Part shown: piece by piece, positions 1-14,930 of the stretch | How positions within the stretch are numbered: the stretch's first letter is position 1 | Layout of the letters: each line of letters starts with the position of its first letter | Origin: the human T2T-CHM13v2.0 reference genome, Homo sapiens | DNA: 64,000 nt | Direction: 5' to 3' (one strand) | Assembly: GCF_009914755.1 (NCBI RefSeq) | Contig: NC_060926.1 | Position numbers and translations under genes: made by a program | The notes under the pieces: generated by a model | Seen by the model: the letters and a program-made list of their open reading frames with translations, nothing else | What the model was told of the DNA's origin: nothing | Databases searched by the model: none

Positions 1-3000
1 TTGAATCTAATGATGGCGAAGTCTAGGTATTTCAATGTTGATCTTGTAATCCTCTCTTGCCACCTGTCTCAACTAGTGACATGGAAGAAAAACATAGACT
101 ACTGTGCTCAATGAATAGATACTTACAGATTACAAATGCTTGATACAGAATTCTCATTTACTTGTTCACCTTTTGAGTGACAAATATACCACTTCATTAT
201 CTTACAAAGTTTATCAGGAATACAAATTCAGGCTTGTATAGTAGGAACTATACAGTCAGATCAAAATGTGTGCATAACTGAAATATGCATGCTGTATCTG
301 AAAATGTTGCACTTAAATCATCTTTTTTGGGAAATATGAGATTGTAATTCATGTGGACCCACTTTGTTATGTCATAGATGTTTAATTTAAATGGTGTTTT
401 CCTAATGTTTCTAAAATATGACAAGTTTTCTCATCCTGATTCTCTCTCTCCAACATAATTTCTGCCACACAAGTCATTCTATCTGGTATTTAATAAGCTA
501 AAAATAAATATAGATGGGTGTTGGTAGCTAGTATTTGAACAAACTATTCAGTAAATCATTTTCTAACTCAAAATAATAAGTACTGTATAAATTATCTATT
601 TATTTTGAAATATGTACTCTTCAATGTAGGGTTTTTCTAAATCATGCTATGCAGCAGACAGCTTAGCCCGGACACAGAGTTAAAAGTACATGAGGAAGAT
701 ATGGAAAACAGACACAAACATAAAAACCATCCCCCACACTGTTGGATTTAATTCTGGTCATGTGCTTCTAATTGCCAGAGGACAATGAAAAGGAAGCACT
801 AAAGCTAGAAGTAGGCTAAACGTAAATATTTTAGAATTTCATATTAACTCTCAATGGTTGTTCATCCTTACTGAAAACAGGGAAGGAATAGATCAAGACA
901 TGGTTACTTGTTGCAACTTGAAACTCATTGTCAAACATCACTCCTGACTTTATTGTAACAAAACTGTGCTAATGAAGCCAAAGTCTTTGGCTGCAGTAAG
1001 ATTGGCAGTGTTTTGCTGTCTGAGTTGCAGCTTTCTCTGCCTTCCTACAAATGTTTGTCATTGGTCAGAAGAGGAATATTCATGAGAAAGAGAATGAAAT
1101 AGTATAGATCCTTTACTAGCAGTGGAAAAGTAATGCAAATTTTATGTCTTACGAAGAGTAGTTGAAAAGCAACATCCTCAGAAAATCCCATACATATCCT
1201 AATAAAAGAGGATGACAATTCCATAGCATTATAAAATGTTAATTATTAACTAAAGACAAAGGCTATATTTGAATTTAAAAATAGGACATTTTCTCTGGTA
1301 GAGAAAAATAAACTATTTGCATGATTTCTCCAAAGTTTTTTAAAAAAAAAATAGAAATTTTTAGATGGCATTATTTCTTGTACATTCAAAAACAGCCATA
1401 TAGCTCTGCCAAATATATATAAAAGCAAATTATGTTTTTCAAATGTGTTACCTTTTCATAATAACATGCATTTGTTATTCATTATCTGAGAGAAGTTATC
1501 TTTTTTAATCTTTTTGCTTCAAAAAACTATACTTTCTGACTTTTTCAAAGTCATTGCCTTTTACTATCAATAATAGAGTATTAATGTTATCTTAAAAGGC
1601 ATCTTTATATATTACTTTATTTTTATTCATTTATTAGAAATAAAAGACATGTATAATGATTAAAATTTAAGGTTTCTAGACTACAGCATAAGGAGTTCCA
1701 ATGAATTACGATATTGTAACTATTCCACATCCATTCATCAACTGTTAAATAAATTCATCTCCTTATAATCTTAATGTATACTATTTCTAAAATAATTTGC
1801 ACACAACTAAATTCAAGCCACAGATTAAAAATTATTACCCGTTATAGCAATGACTGAGGATAGGTGTTAACACTCACTATATGATCTACATTTCATAGTA
1901 TACTTCTTTACACATAATTGACACATTATAGTTATTTGCTTAAAGTTAATATATAAAACAGAAAATAAATTTAAAATGTAAAAGCTGGTGGGTCAGGCAC
2001 CTTTTTAGAAGCACTGAGTTATTAAGTGCCAGCAGTAGCAAAGAAGACCAATGGAATGACAAAGGAGAGAAAGCTCCCAAGAATTCTAATGAGGGTAAAA
2101 GGTCTAATAGTTCATTCCCATTACTTACTACATTTTGCCTTGTTTTAAAGAGTTCACAAAGTGTAAGACAATAGCACAAAATCTGTGATTTTTATGCCTC
2201 GCTGCTTTCTATTATATGTCTTAACCTTGTGATGGTGATAAAATACATAATAAATAAGTTTTAGGGCCTTTTTCTAGCCAGCAATGTGGTTCCTTGGTAG
2301 TTGAATGTTAAACATAGTAAACTGGATTTCTCTTCCCAAAAAGAAATGCAAAAACTGGAGGTTAGAAGAAAGCTGGCATGAAAGGTGTTTACAGAGATAA
2401 GCATCAAGATTGCTGTAATAAAAGCGTCTTGAAAAGAATGCATTTAAAAGCATTTCAACAAAATGTATCTAACAAAGATTAAGGAAAGTATCTACAAAAC
2501 ATTAAAATTATTTAAAAGTGCACCTTCAATTCAATTGCAAAGGCTCACTTTTGCTGTGTTCTTGAAATCTCAGGAGACGTACTAGACAAGGCATTTTAGT
2601 GTACTAAAAGGAAACAATCTTTTTCTAGTTTAAGGGGAAAAGGGGGAAATTACTATAAAGTTGCAAGAGTAGAGGTGGAAATGGCTGGATTGCAATCAGT
2701 CATCAGAAGTAGTGTGGGAAACAGAAATGAATGGTTCCCCAAATTACTATTTGGGGTAAATATTGCTTTTTTCTACTCTGTTTCTGTTTCAGTGTGTTGG
2801 CTTTGTTCTATCTGCGCAGCTCTCTATGATATTCAAACCACAAGACAAAAGATGGCTGTGTGGTGATGGCATTTGAGTAGTCAAGAACCTAATAGAGAAA
2901 CTGAATGCTATTGGTGACAATTCCAAATCCTCATGGGAAGGGATTTTGATTGTCTTATTCCCACATACCTGGCCTGTGTGTGAGGTCACACTGAAATAAC

Positions 3001-3069
3001 ATGACTCACATGTTTATCTAGACAATAGTTCATATATGAAATTGGGGTCTATAATTTAAGACAAATACT

Positions 3070-3185
3070 AATTCATTTGTCCATTCAACAAATATTTAAT
3101 GAATATTTACTATGTCTTATCACTGTCTTAGTCATAAATGTTGAATATGCAGATAGTGAATAAGATAAATGAGGTATCAGGGAAA
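3070..3185 (-). mobile_element. L2 3'-end fragment
   Basis: attcatttgtccattcaacaaatatttaatgaatatttactatgt resembles the reverse complement of the L2 3' terminus. Confidence 0.55.
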
Positions 3186-3843
3186 ATTGTCACAATTCAT
3201 AGAAATTAGAGTGGTTTCATACAAAATAAAACAAATGCCAAAGCAAAACACTACGACCTCACTAGCTAGAGATGAAAATACGGATAAAAATCCTTTAAAA
3301 ATTAAAGTAATTTCTTAAGTTCCTAAAGACAGAAATGAATCCAGAATGAAATTTAAGATGACTATTGATCCTCTAAATACATCATTTGGGTCACTCTTAG
3401 AGGAAGGAAACTGTAAAACCATTATAAGAAATTTGGTGCATAAATGTAGATGAGAACTATGTCTATAATAGGTATATACAAATTTATTATCCACTCATAC
3501 AATTTGAAACTTATAGGAAATAATGGTAAAATCACTATATTTTCTTTACATGGACTCCACTTACTATAATGTGTTAATACTGGACAGATTACATATTTTG
3601 GAGAGAAGCTACTAAGAGCACAAATAAGCCATAATGTGGTTTTAGGAAGGAATGAAATTTTATATTAAATGGAGAGCTTTGTAGCATATTCAAAGGTATA
3701 ATTTGAAATAATGTATCATCCAATACAGTAGTATTATGAAGATTTTGGCAAATAGTCTCTGCTTTCAGGGCCCAGTAAGAAAAGTAACTACTAATACTGA
3801 GCTCACCAAAAAAACAGACAATGGGGCATCCAGAGTATTCTGG

Positions 3844-4128
3844 TTTTTTGTTTGTTTGTTTGTTTGTTTTTGAGACGGAGTCTCGCTGTGTTGCACAGGC
3901 TGGAGTGCAGTGGTGTGATCTCAGCTCACTGCAGCCTCCACCTCCTGGATTCTCCTTCCTCAGCCTCCCAAGTACAGATGCCTGCAACCACACCTAATTA
4001 ATTTTTGTATTTTTAGTTGAGACGAGGTTTCACTATGTTGGCCAGGCTGGTCTCAAACTCCTCAAGTGATCTGCCCACCTCAGCCTCTCAAATTGCTGGG
4101 ATTACAGGCATGAGCCTCCACACCTGGT
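3844..4128 (-). mobile_element. Alu (S-like) with (TTTG)n tail and small internal deletions
   Basis: Reverse Alu gagacggagtctcgct...gctgggattacaggcatgagcc. TSD agagtattctg at 3832-3842 and 4132-4142. Confidence 0.93.
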
Positions 4129-4659
4129 TAAAGAGTATTCTGTTCTTGAACCACTCCTTGATCTTACTCTTTTTAATCTCCATTGACTACCTTATCCAAT
4201 TACAAAATGTTAACTTGTCACTTGGATGCTGATGTCTCCTAAATATCTCCACCATCGAGGTTCTCTACCTCTCCAGTGGAGTATTCTATTTCACCTGAAA
4301 CTTTTTCTTCATCAACACTATACTATAGATTCCCTGGGAGTAGGAGTCACATGCGATTTATTTGCATGTATATTCCTAGTGTCTAAAACAGTACACACTA
4401 AGTACACATTTATTAACTCTGATTCAGGGGCTTCCTTCTAAGCCTTATACTACTCCCATTGAAATGCCCTTCTCTTACAACCCACTCACCTCTTGAGTTT
4501 CTGTTCATTTTCTCAGGATTTAATTCAAGCACTCCTTTGATGAAACTTTTCCTGAATCCTTTAGATAACCTAGCACGCACTCCACCCCTACCATTAACAT
4601 AGGACCACACCTTCTTTCTGATTCTGGGTTCTTATTTGTGTCTTAGTAATGATAATATT

Positions 4660-4835
4660 TTATATTTATATATATATGTATATAAACTCATACATACACA
4701 CACCCCACACACAAACACATATATATCACATATAAAACATAATTTATCATATATGTATATAGATACACAAACACATATATGTAATATGCCTATATATACA
4801 CACATATACGTATACAGTACTTATATATTACATAT
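4660..4835. repeat. Degenerate (TA)/(CA) low-complexity tract
   Basis: Runs such as tatatatatgtatata...catacacacaccccacacacaaacacatatatat. Confidence 0.8.
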
Positions 4836-5734
4836 CTGTCATCCTCAACATGATTGTTGAAGCCAAGGACAATAAATGTCATTGTTTACCTGGGATTGCA
4901 GATATGTTTTCTAAGGATTAGAAAGGTGTAATACATAAGTACTGCATATGACATGAATGGGTACATGTCATAATATAAATGATTTTTTATAAAAAAGATG
5001 TGGAACAAAAAATAAGTTAGAAAACAAAAACTAAGTGCTATTAGAATTATCTTTAAATACATATATTAAAATAAAGATATGCACATGGATTAGTACAAAG
5101 TTTAGATGAACTTTTAGAGATGCTAGTTAGGAACCAAAATTTACTTTTGTAAAAGAAACAGCTTACTTTTTATCCAGGCAGAAATCTTGACCCTCCTTAT
5201 CTTACTTTTTCCAAATCTGTTCATTCTAATAATGTATCTTACTTTTTAATTCAAAATGGTTCCCAACACAGTATAGACCATATATCAAAAATATCTACAT
5301 GCTACTTTCATATTGCTAAAGGTTAAATATGGACTAAAGTCTATTTTTTATCATTCCATGCTGTTACCTTACAAGACCATAAGAATTATTATAAAATATA
5401 TAAAAAGACATTTTTATATATTATTTAATATAATGACTGTCATTTAGAATAGTCACAACTATTTTTGTTGTCAGTGAAATTTAGTTCCACGTACAGAAAA
5501 GTAAAGCAAACATAAGAAGAAAAACAAAGATCTTTAGATTGCATTTTAAAATTTTTCTATTATTCCAATCTAATAGACTGTTTAAATTATTTCCTTTCCT
5601 TGCTTCAGAATTCAGCTTTCTTTGTTAGTTTGTCTATTCTATAAAGTCATTGAGTTTCTTGTCATATGTTCTAGGATAGCTTGCATGTGCTCCCTTCTTT
5701 GAACAACAGCTCCCTCAAAAAGTAAGTTCTTTTG

Positions 5735-6089
<355 letters not shown>

Positions 6090-7336
6090 TCAGATATCCT
6101 TTACTATTTTTTATAAACAAAGACATCAAAATTAAACATCATAATTATTAAAATCTTTTGACACATAACTTACAGAAACAGAGCTCTATCAATCAAGTAG
6201 AGAATAAGGAAATACCTTCAGTTCATTTGCTTTACTAGTCCAACTATGAGAGTCGTTTTAAAAATGGATATCATAAGCCACACAGTGTTATTTATGTTTT
6301 GAGGTGGTTCATTTTCTGAGGTTGTTACCAATTTTAGACATATTTAGTACACTGAAAATATTTAAATATCACTCCTTTTCACGACTTATCTAAGTATAGA
6401 ATTATTAACATTATCATAGATCTCTAAATAATTTACTATCCACTAACTGGCTTACTATATCAGTATTCAAAACATTTAACCTAAATGTATACGAAAGTGC
6501 TCCTAAGAAGTTTGTAAAGGTTACTGAAAACAAGATCAAATGTATTCTAGGGAAGCTATTATTTAAAATGTATATTAGTAATTCTTATATAAGCATAAAT
6601 TCTTAATTGTCCAAAGACCACATCCCCATCTCACTTTGTCAAAGGCCCCTTCAAGTTCAGATTTTCCCAAACATATTCCAGTTAAAGCAAAACTTAAGAA
6701 ACTGTAAGCATTAGCACTAACAGCCAGTTTAACAGAGTATAGATCAATGAAAGCAAAAAATAATAATAATAATTTCCAAAAGGACTGATTGTCTGAGCAA
6801 CTTCAAGTATACATATACACATTTGTGTTCTTGCACGTATTGATCTATGTAAATACTTGTGATTTCCTATGAGTCTACTTTAAATAATTTGTAGGTTTTC
6901 AAAACCAGATGCTTTTCTTTCCTTTTCTTTTCTTTTTTTTTAATAACAGTGTTAGTCTCCTTATGTGATATAAAATAATCTAAAAGTCTGAAGTGGCAGA
7001 AAAGAGGCAGAAATGGAGACGACTGGCTAGAGTTATCAATTGTTATCTGATTGGTCCTCTGACTCTCCTAGTTCACAGCTTGTCAGAAAAAGATTTGCTA
7101 GATGTCATGTACTACATGGTGACAGAATCTTTTCTCAATCTTAGGGCAACAGCAACTGCTTTAAACTCAGGAGCGTCAGTCATTATGGCTTTGTTACCCT
7201 TGTTCTTTTCCTGGGTGCGTTTCGCTATCTCTTATCTTTTGCCTATAGTCACAGTGCCTGCCAGGCAGAAGAGCACCCCTTCCAGGTATCAGCACACAGG
7301 TCTGCCTGTATGCATCATGACGCCACTGTCCATTCA

Positions 7337-7546
<210 letters not shown>

Positions 7547-8017
7547 TTACATAACCTTTATATGATATGCGCAATGATAATATCTTTCTCAAAACTCTCT
7601 ATTCCACAAGCCTATCCCAGTTCTCTGAATATAAATATTTCGATCGTCATTAAGAGGCATAGACCCACGCACTGATGAACATTTTCACTTTTATATTCCC
7701 AAATTACATGTGCTAATCACAGAGAGTAGGAAGGCATAGATTCCACAGAAATATATAGCAAGGAGATAAACTTAATCCCATTTGTTATGACCATATAAAG
7801 CAAGTAAATACATTTACTTTTATTTAAACATTTTTTTTTTAGGACATATGATTTACTCTGTTTTCTAATTGGGTAATTCTACAAATGTAAATAAATCAAA
7901 ATCAAAAGATAGTGAAAGCAACAATTTTATTTTAAAATCATAGTTATTATATCAGCTGTTCCAGCTGAGTAAATTTTTTACTAAATAAACTAGCACCTAC
8001 AAGGCCTCAAACATGCG

Positions 8018-8593
8018 TTTTTATTTTTATTTTTTAACTTTTATTTTAAGTTCAGGGGTACATACGCAGGCTTGTTTACATAGGTAAACCTGTGGCATGG
8101 GGGTTATTCATACAGATTATTTCATCACCCAGCTATTAAGCCTAGAACCCATTAGTTATTTTTCCTGATCCTCTCCCTCCTCCCAACTTCCATTCTCCAA
8201 TAGGCCCCAGGGTATGTTTTTCTCCTCTATGTGTCCATGTGTTCTCATCATTTAGCTCCCACTTATAAATAAGAACTGCAGTATTTGGTTTTCTGTTCCT
8301 GCTTTAGTTTGCTAAGGATAATAGCTTCTAGCTCCATCCATGTCTCTCCAAAGGACATGATTTCATTCTTCTTTATGGCTGCATAGTATTCCATGGTATA
8401 TATGTACCAGATTTTCTTTATCCAGTCTATTATTGATGGGCATTTAGGGTGATTCCATGTCTTTTCTATTGGGAATAGTGCTGCAGTGAGCATAAACGTG
8501 CATGTGTCATTGTAATAAAATGATTTATATTCCTTTAGGTATATACCCAGTAATGGGATTGCTAGGTTGAATGGTATTTCTGTCTTTAGGTCT
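8018..8593 (-). mobile_element. L1 3' end (older L1PA13-16-like), 5'-truncated
   Basis: ORF 8263-8646 gives an L1 ORF2 C-terminal-like peptide (PFNLAIPLLGIY...KIWYIYTMEYYAAIKKNEIMSF). The 3'UTR and T-rich tail are at 8018-8050. Confidence 0.92.
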
Positions 8594-8788
8594 AAACTGA
8601 AATATTTGTAAACATATACTACAAACCAGATATGTAAAAAATACAACTTTTATTGTTATCAACTAGAGTATCACTGTATATATTCATGAGTTTCTGAGGT
8701 ATAATGGACTGATAATAAATAATCTGTCTGCCAAGTTCTATTCCTATGTGAGCACATAAGTTTACACAAGTTTTTGTTTTGTTTTTTA

Positions 8789-9133
<345 letters not shown>

Positions 9134-9821
9134 CTATTCTTATGGTTTATATACCTGCCAGAACACAATCTTCACCACTTAATGTACTGACTCTAATCCT
9201 AAGTAGATTAAAAATAGATATTATAAATCTATTAATAATGGTATGTAAAGAAAATGGTTTGGTAAGTTACATAAGATATACTGAATTTAAGGCAAGATAC
9301 AAAGTGGAGACTGCAAACATACTAGGAACACAGCTTAGTAATAAGGTAATATATACATTCATGTCTTATATACACAGAAGTAAAAAAGATGCTATGATGC
9401 CTGATGTTGTTTTCAAAGGGATGAGTTCCTGTAGAGGAAGGAAAACACATCTAGATGGGTATAGCCTAATAATTAGGACCACCTTAAAGCCTGTTTTTGC
9501 CTATGAACACATCGAAAATAACAAAAATCTTAATCCAAAAATCTTGAAAAATAGTGTATGTTTGTAACCATAGTGGAAATTCATTATAAAAACAAAATCC
9601 AAACTTTTAAAGTCTGGATTTCTAAAGTTCACCAAAAAGTATATTTTCTAGAAGTACTCTGTTACCAGCTAAATTGTGTGTCCTAAAAGACAAGTTGAAG
9701 TCCTAATTCCCATTACTTAGAATGTGACCTTACTTGGAAATAGGGTCTTCCTAGATGTAAATCAAATTAAGATGAGGTAGGTCATTTGGGTGTTCCCTAA
9801 TTCAATATAATGATAATAAGA

Positions 9822-10334
<513 letters not shown>

Positions 10335-10794
10335 ATATAAGAAGAGGAAAATACCACGTGCACACAAAGACAATCAGGAAAGAAAGCCCCGTGACCAGAA
10401 AGGCAAAGGGTAGAGCTATGTACCTACAAGCCAAGGAATGCCAAAGATTGATGGCCACCACCAGAAGCTAGAGAGTGGCAAGGAAGAATTCTACCTGGAG
10501 TTTCAGAGGGAGAATGAGCCTGCTGTCACCTTGATTTTCAACTTCTAACCTCCAGGACAGTGAGAGAATAAATCGCTATTGTTTTAAGCCACCCACTCTG
10601 TGGTATGTTGTTACTATTTGTCTCTAAATTCCGCATTAAATAAATGTTAAAAATCACTTTCTCTCTCTCCAGGGTCCTATCAGCTTATAACCTCCATGCT
10701 ACACTTCCATTGCTTCCTCCAAGCCCTTTATACACCATGCTGGAATTCATTTATTGCCTTTGAGAATGCAGATTTTGTAGAGTGATACGGATGG

Positions 10795-11150
10795 ATGCTA
10801 TGGTAAATACCTCTAAAATCTTTAATATCCATTTTCCAATTCCTTCATTGTAATAGACTGCACAATTTTTAGCTGGACACATGGTCACCCAAAATAAAGA
10901 TTATATTTCTCTCCTCCCCTTAGAGGTAAGTTTGGCCAGTGGACTAAGTTCTGACATGTTGCATGACACCTTCCCAGAACTTGGTTTCAAACACGGTTGA
11001 AGCCTGACTTTGCCTGGTTTATTCTTCATAAGTTCTTCCAGCCTGATGCCAGAAATGCAGATGTCATGGCTAAAATATGAGCCATCATCTTGGACCGTAA
11101 GAATGAGTGACACACCTTAGAGATGGCTGAGAACTGAGCTAAAAGGAAGT
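10795..11150 (+). mobile_element. Ancient ERVL-class LTR fragment (LTR16/LTR33-like)
   Basis: Motifs tggccagtggactaagttctg and gcagatgtcatggct...gccatcatcttggacc. Confidence 0.5.
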
Positions 11151-13719
11151 AGGATTTTCAAGCAATAGATATTTTACATTGTCATATTATCAATACCATC
11201 AAGATAATGATGAATATTGGCCCCACCTGCTAAAATGTTACACACAGAAAGGATTAAATTCTAGTTGTGTTATATGCTTTTGACTTTGAGTAAATTTAAC
11301 TATTGTGCTTGGTTTGACTGAATTTGCTAAATATATAATGAAATTACAGTATCATTCCTAACCATAACGACATTTTATTGGCTCTGTGGAATGTTCTCTT
11401 ATTATTAAAACAAACACTCAGGAAGAAATGATATTCAACATAAGGAGAAGAAGAAGAAAAAGTTGATTCATGTGCATATTCCTTATAAATCAAGATCGAA
11501 GTCCAAGATATTTTTCATTATATATTAAAGGCCCTTTTGGAAAAAACCTTAATCCATGATCTTTATTTTATTGCTCCCAGTAAATTTATATAAAATCTTT
11601 ATAAACTAATAAAATGACTGTTGAGAAAAGGTATTATTATATGGGTTTATGAAATATAGATTTTAATTATCTCAAATTCCAATGAGGATGAACATATTTT
11701 AGTACAACCAATTATGGGGATAATATAAGCATCCATTAATAAATTTGCTGCACCATTTCTAAAGTATATCCAATAACACATTGCAACCTATATATAATTT
11801 ATGTTGTATAGTTTCTCTCAATTGGAAATAATACTCATACTTTAATATTAATATAAAAAATCAATAGGTAATAATCTAAATGAAAATGTTCTCAAAATAG
11901 TTGGTGTATTCTGACCTTTTATATAGAAGCTTAAACAACCTTTGAGAGATGCATCTATTACTGTAACTGCAATATCTAGGTATTTTTGCATAATTCCCAT
12001 TCTACATATATAAAAAGGTATACAATATTATATCCAATATAATATAATATTATACAATAATATTCAAATCTGGATAGTTATATATTCATAAGTTCTCATT
12101 AATATTCATTTAAATATTTGTATGGTATAAATACTTAGGATTTTGTTTAAACTTCTTATAATGAACATATGCTACCCTACATTGCAATAATTCATTTACT
12201 TGATATCAGAACATTTATAACTCGTACTCAGAAAATGGCCCTCAACTAAAAAAAATTGCTATTCCTCAATAAATGATCAGGTAAGTTTTGTATATACCTT
12301 CTTAAAATGGAAAATTTGAATAAGTATGTTTAGAAATATTTTTTGACAAAAAAAGATCCTCCAAAAAACAAAATTAGATTAATCACAATACTCTATTTGC
12401 CAAACATTCTAGTCTTTGCAGTTTTTTTTACTACATGCTGTTCAATTTAGTAGATATTTTTGTCTCATTGAGGCTTTCATTTATGTTTGATTCAAACTAT
12501 CTAGAATCCACAGTATATTCATCATAAATTTTATCTTGAAAGACACACTTGATTTTTGAAGAACTGGTTTGGATAGGCTCATAGAAATCATTTGTAGTTG
12601 TTTTTGTGGAGCCTCCACTGAGTAACTCACAACTTTCATTTGTCAATTGATTTTACAATCAAGCAATGTATACAAGACAACGCTTAAACCATCAAGTTTC
12701 ATTGATTTCACAAAGCTGTTTATCAAAACACAATTGAAAAATTGTCTTCAGCAGCCAAAACAAGTTTAACAAAATTCAGCCACCTTTGTCAATACTATTA
12801 TAAAGTCCTTAAACTATAAGCCTACAATAGTTCAAGCATCAAAAATCCAAAATTTACATGTGATCCCTAAAGTTTTCATTCCAAATGTAACTCCAGGAGT
12901 AAAGCTGGATGTGAGGTCCTAATAAAATCCTCAATTATTCTATTTGTATTGATTCTGTTACAAATGTAGCTATACTTCCAAACACAGGCTTTTTATTTTT
13001 CTTAAGATTTATATCCAACAGCGTGTGAACCATATAATCCTCATTCAGTAAAAAAGTAAAAAGTTGGTAGCAACATAAAAAGGTTGGTTAACAGTGGATT
13101 AATTTGATTCATGGGGAAATATATTAAAAGTAAAATAATGAAACCTTAACAATATCTATATTAAAACTAAAAATTAATTATCGCCTCCAAGCTTGTTCTG
13201 GCTATGAAATCAGCACTCTATTTGCTTACAAAGAAAAGATGATGGGAATTAAAAAAAGAGAATTACCTAACTCTCAGATCAAATGCCTATTGCGAGATAT
13301 CAGTTTATCAATTAAGAAATGAATAATTATTTATTTGGCATCTACTCGTCTCCAAATGTCATGAAAAAATAATTACTGAGAAAAATTTCCAAGTTGTTTC
13401 ATAGGGGCTTGTATAGTTTTACAAGGCACGTAGCAAGGAAAGCAGTGAGCAGTATATTTAAGTCATGTATATATTGTGTGTGCATAATTCAAAGGCTGGC
13501 TACATAAAATATGGAACTTGATAAAAAATTCTTTTGCTGATTTAACACCAATAAGTACTTTCCTTTTCAGAAATGTTAATAAATGCACCTTGGATTTATG
13601 CATATTGTTGGGCATTAAAAAATCTAGCATTGCAGTAAACATCAAAATACAAAATATTGAAGACCACAGAAGAAGCAATAACTATTTCCAGTGACTATTA
13701 ATGAATGCTATTATAGTTA

Positions 13720-14085
13720 TGCAGAGATGGCAAGTTTTGTTATCTCTATGTTCAAAATACATCCCCAAATGGGTCCAAACTTGTCACTTCCACTGCTATA
13801 GTCATTTAATCCAAAACACTGCTATCCCTTCCCTGGACTTACACAGCGGCCTCCTAACTAATGTCCAGGATTTCCTATTTGCCCCATTAATTAATTCGCA
13901 ACCCAGAGAACAGAATAATATTTTTAAAAATATAAATCATTCATGTCACTAAAAACACCCTTTGGCATCTCATTAAACTTACTGCAAAATCCAAACTCTT
14001 TAGCTTGTAAGAATCTGTAGTCATCTTTTCTCAAATGTCATTCTTTCAGAAAAGCCTTCTCTGACCACCTTATTTAAATAAGTAC
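13720..14085 (+). mobile_element. L2 fragment
   Basis: ccctggacttacacagcggcctcctaact...tcatgtcact...aaaatccaaactc...tcaaatgtca...ctgaccacc. Confidence 0.7.
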
Positions 14086-14108
14086 CGGGTTTCCAAACAT
14101 TGTGCTCT

Positions 14109-14930
14109 ACCAGGAGACACAACAGTTATTCCATTGAATTGGAAGTGACTGCCGTGCAGCCACTTTGGGCTCCTCATTCCTTTGAATCAACAGGCAAAGA
14201 AAGGAATTGCTAAGCTGGCTGGGATAATTGATCCTGACCACTAAGGATAGTAGCAGATTCTATCAATATTACTACTCCACAATGGAGGTAATAAGGAAGA
14301 GTATGTCTCTAATACAGGACATTCCTGTGGGCGTCTCTTAGTATTACCATGCCCTGTGATGAAATTCAATGGAAAACTACAACCACCCAATCAAAGCAGG
14401 ACTAGTACGGTCCAGTGCATTTTGCAATGAATGTTTGTGTCACCTCAACAGGTAAAGAACCATAACCAACTGAGGTGCTTGCTGAAGGCAAAGGGAGTAT
14501 GAAATGGGTAGTAGAGAAAGGTAGTTATAAATACCAGCTATGATCATGTGACCATTGACAGAAATGGGTACTGTAATTGCCATAAGTATTTATTCCTTAT
14601 TATGTTATGAATACATTTTGTGTGTGGGTGTGTCTGTTTCTTTTCCTCTCTTATTTCCTTATCATGAAACATAAGATGTATTACTTTATGTCATAATATT
14701 TAAGTATTCTTAATTTTACACAATAGTATTTAAGTTATAGGATATCAAGGAGAAAAGCAAACATCAAAAAAGACTTCACTTTTTCTTCTGGGGACAAAGT
14801 GCATTTTTGGTTATAGGCATAATAGTTGTACCATGTTAGATGAAATCATTTACCTTTTATTGTCTTTAATTGGAGATTAAGTACAGATTAAGGAGATGCA
14901 TATGGGTGCTACGCTGACAAGGGATGGGCC
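14109..14930 (+). mobile_element. ERVL (HERV-L/MLT2-int) internal 3' remnant including a degenerate dUTPase region and the PPT position
   Basis: ccaggagacacaaca...attccattgaattggaag...ccactttgggctcctc...aacaggcaaagaaagga...gctggctgggataattgatcctga resembles the ERV-L dUTPase region. It ends gacaagggatgggcc immediately before the LTR. Confidence 0.78.

Noticed and set aside
9142-9567. 141-aa ATG-initiated ORF in apparently unique sequence
   Set aside because: No recognisable homology or motif, AT-rich composition, and no promoter or splice context. Its length is within chance expectation for 64 kb in six frames.
12275-12290. Consensus plus-strand donor CAG|GTAAGT (similar sites at ~41667 and ~42786) hinting at an antisense spliced transcript
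   Set aside because: Isolated 9-mers with no acceptor or exon I can pair them with. They are expected by chance.
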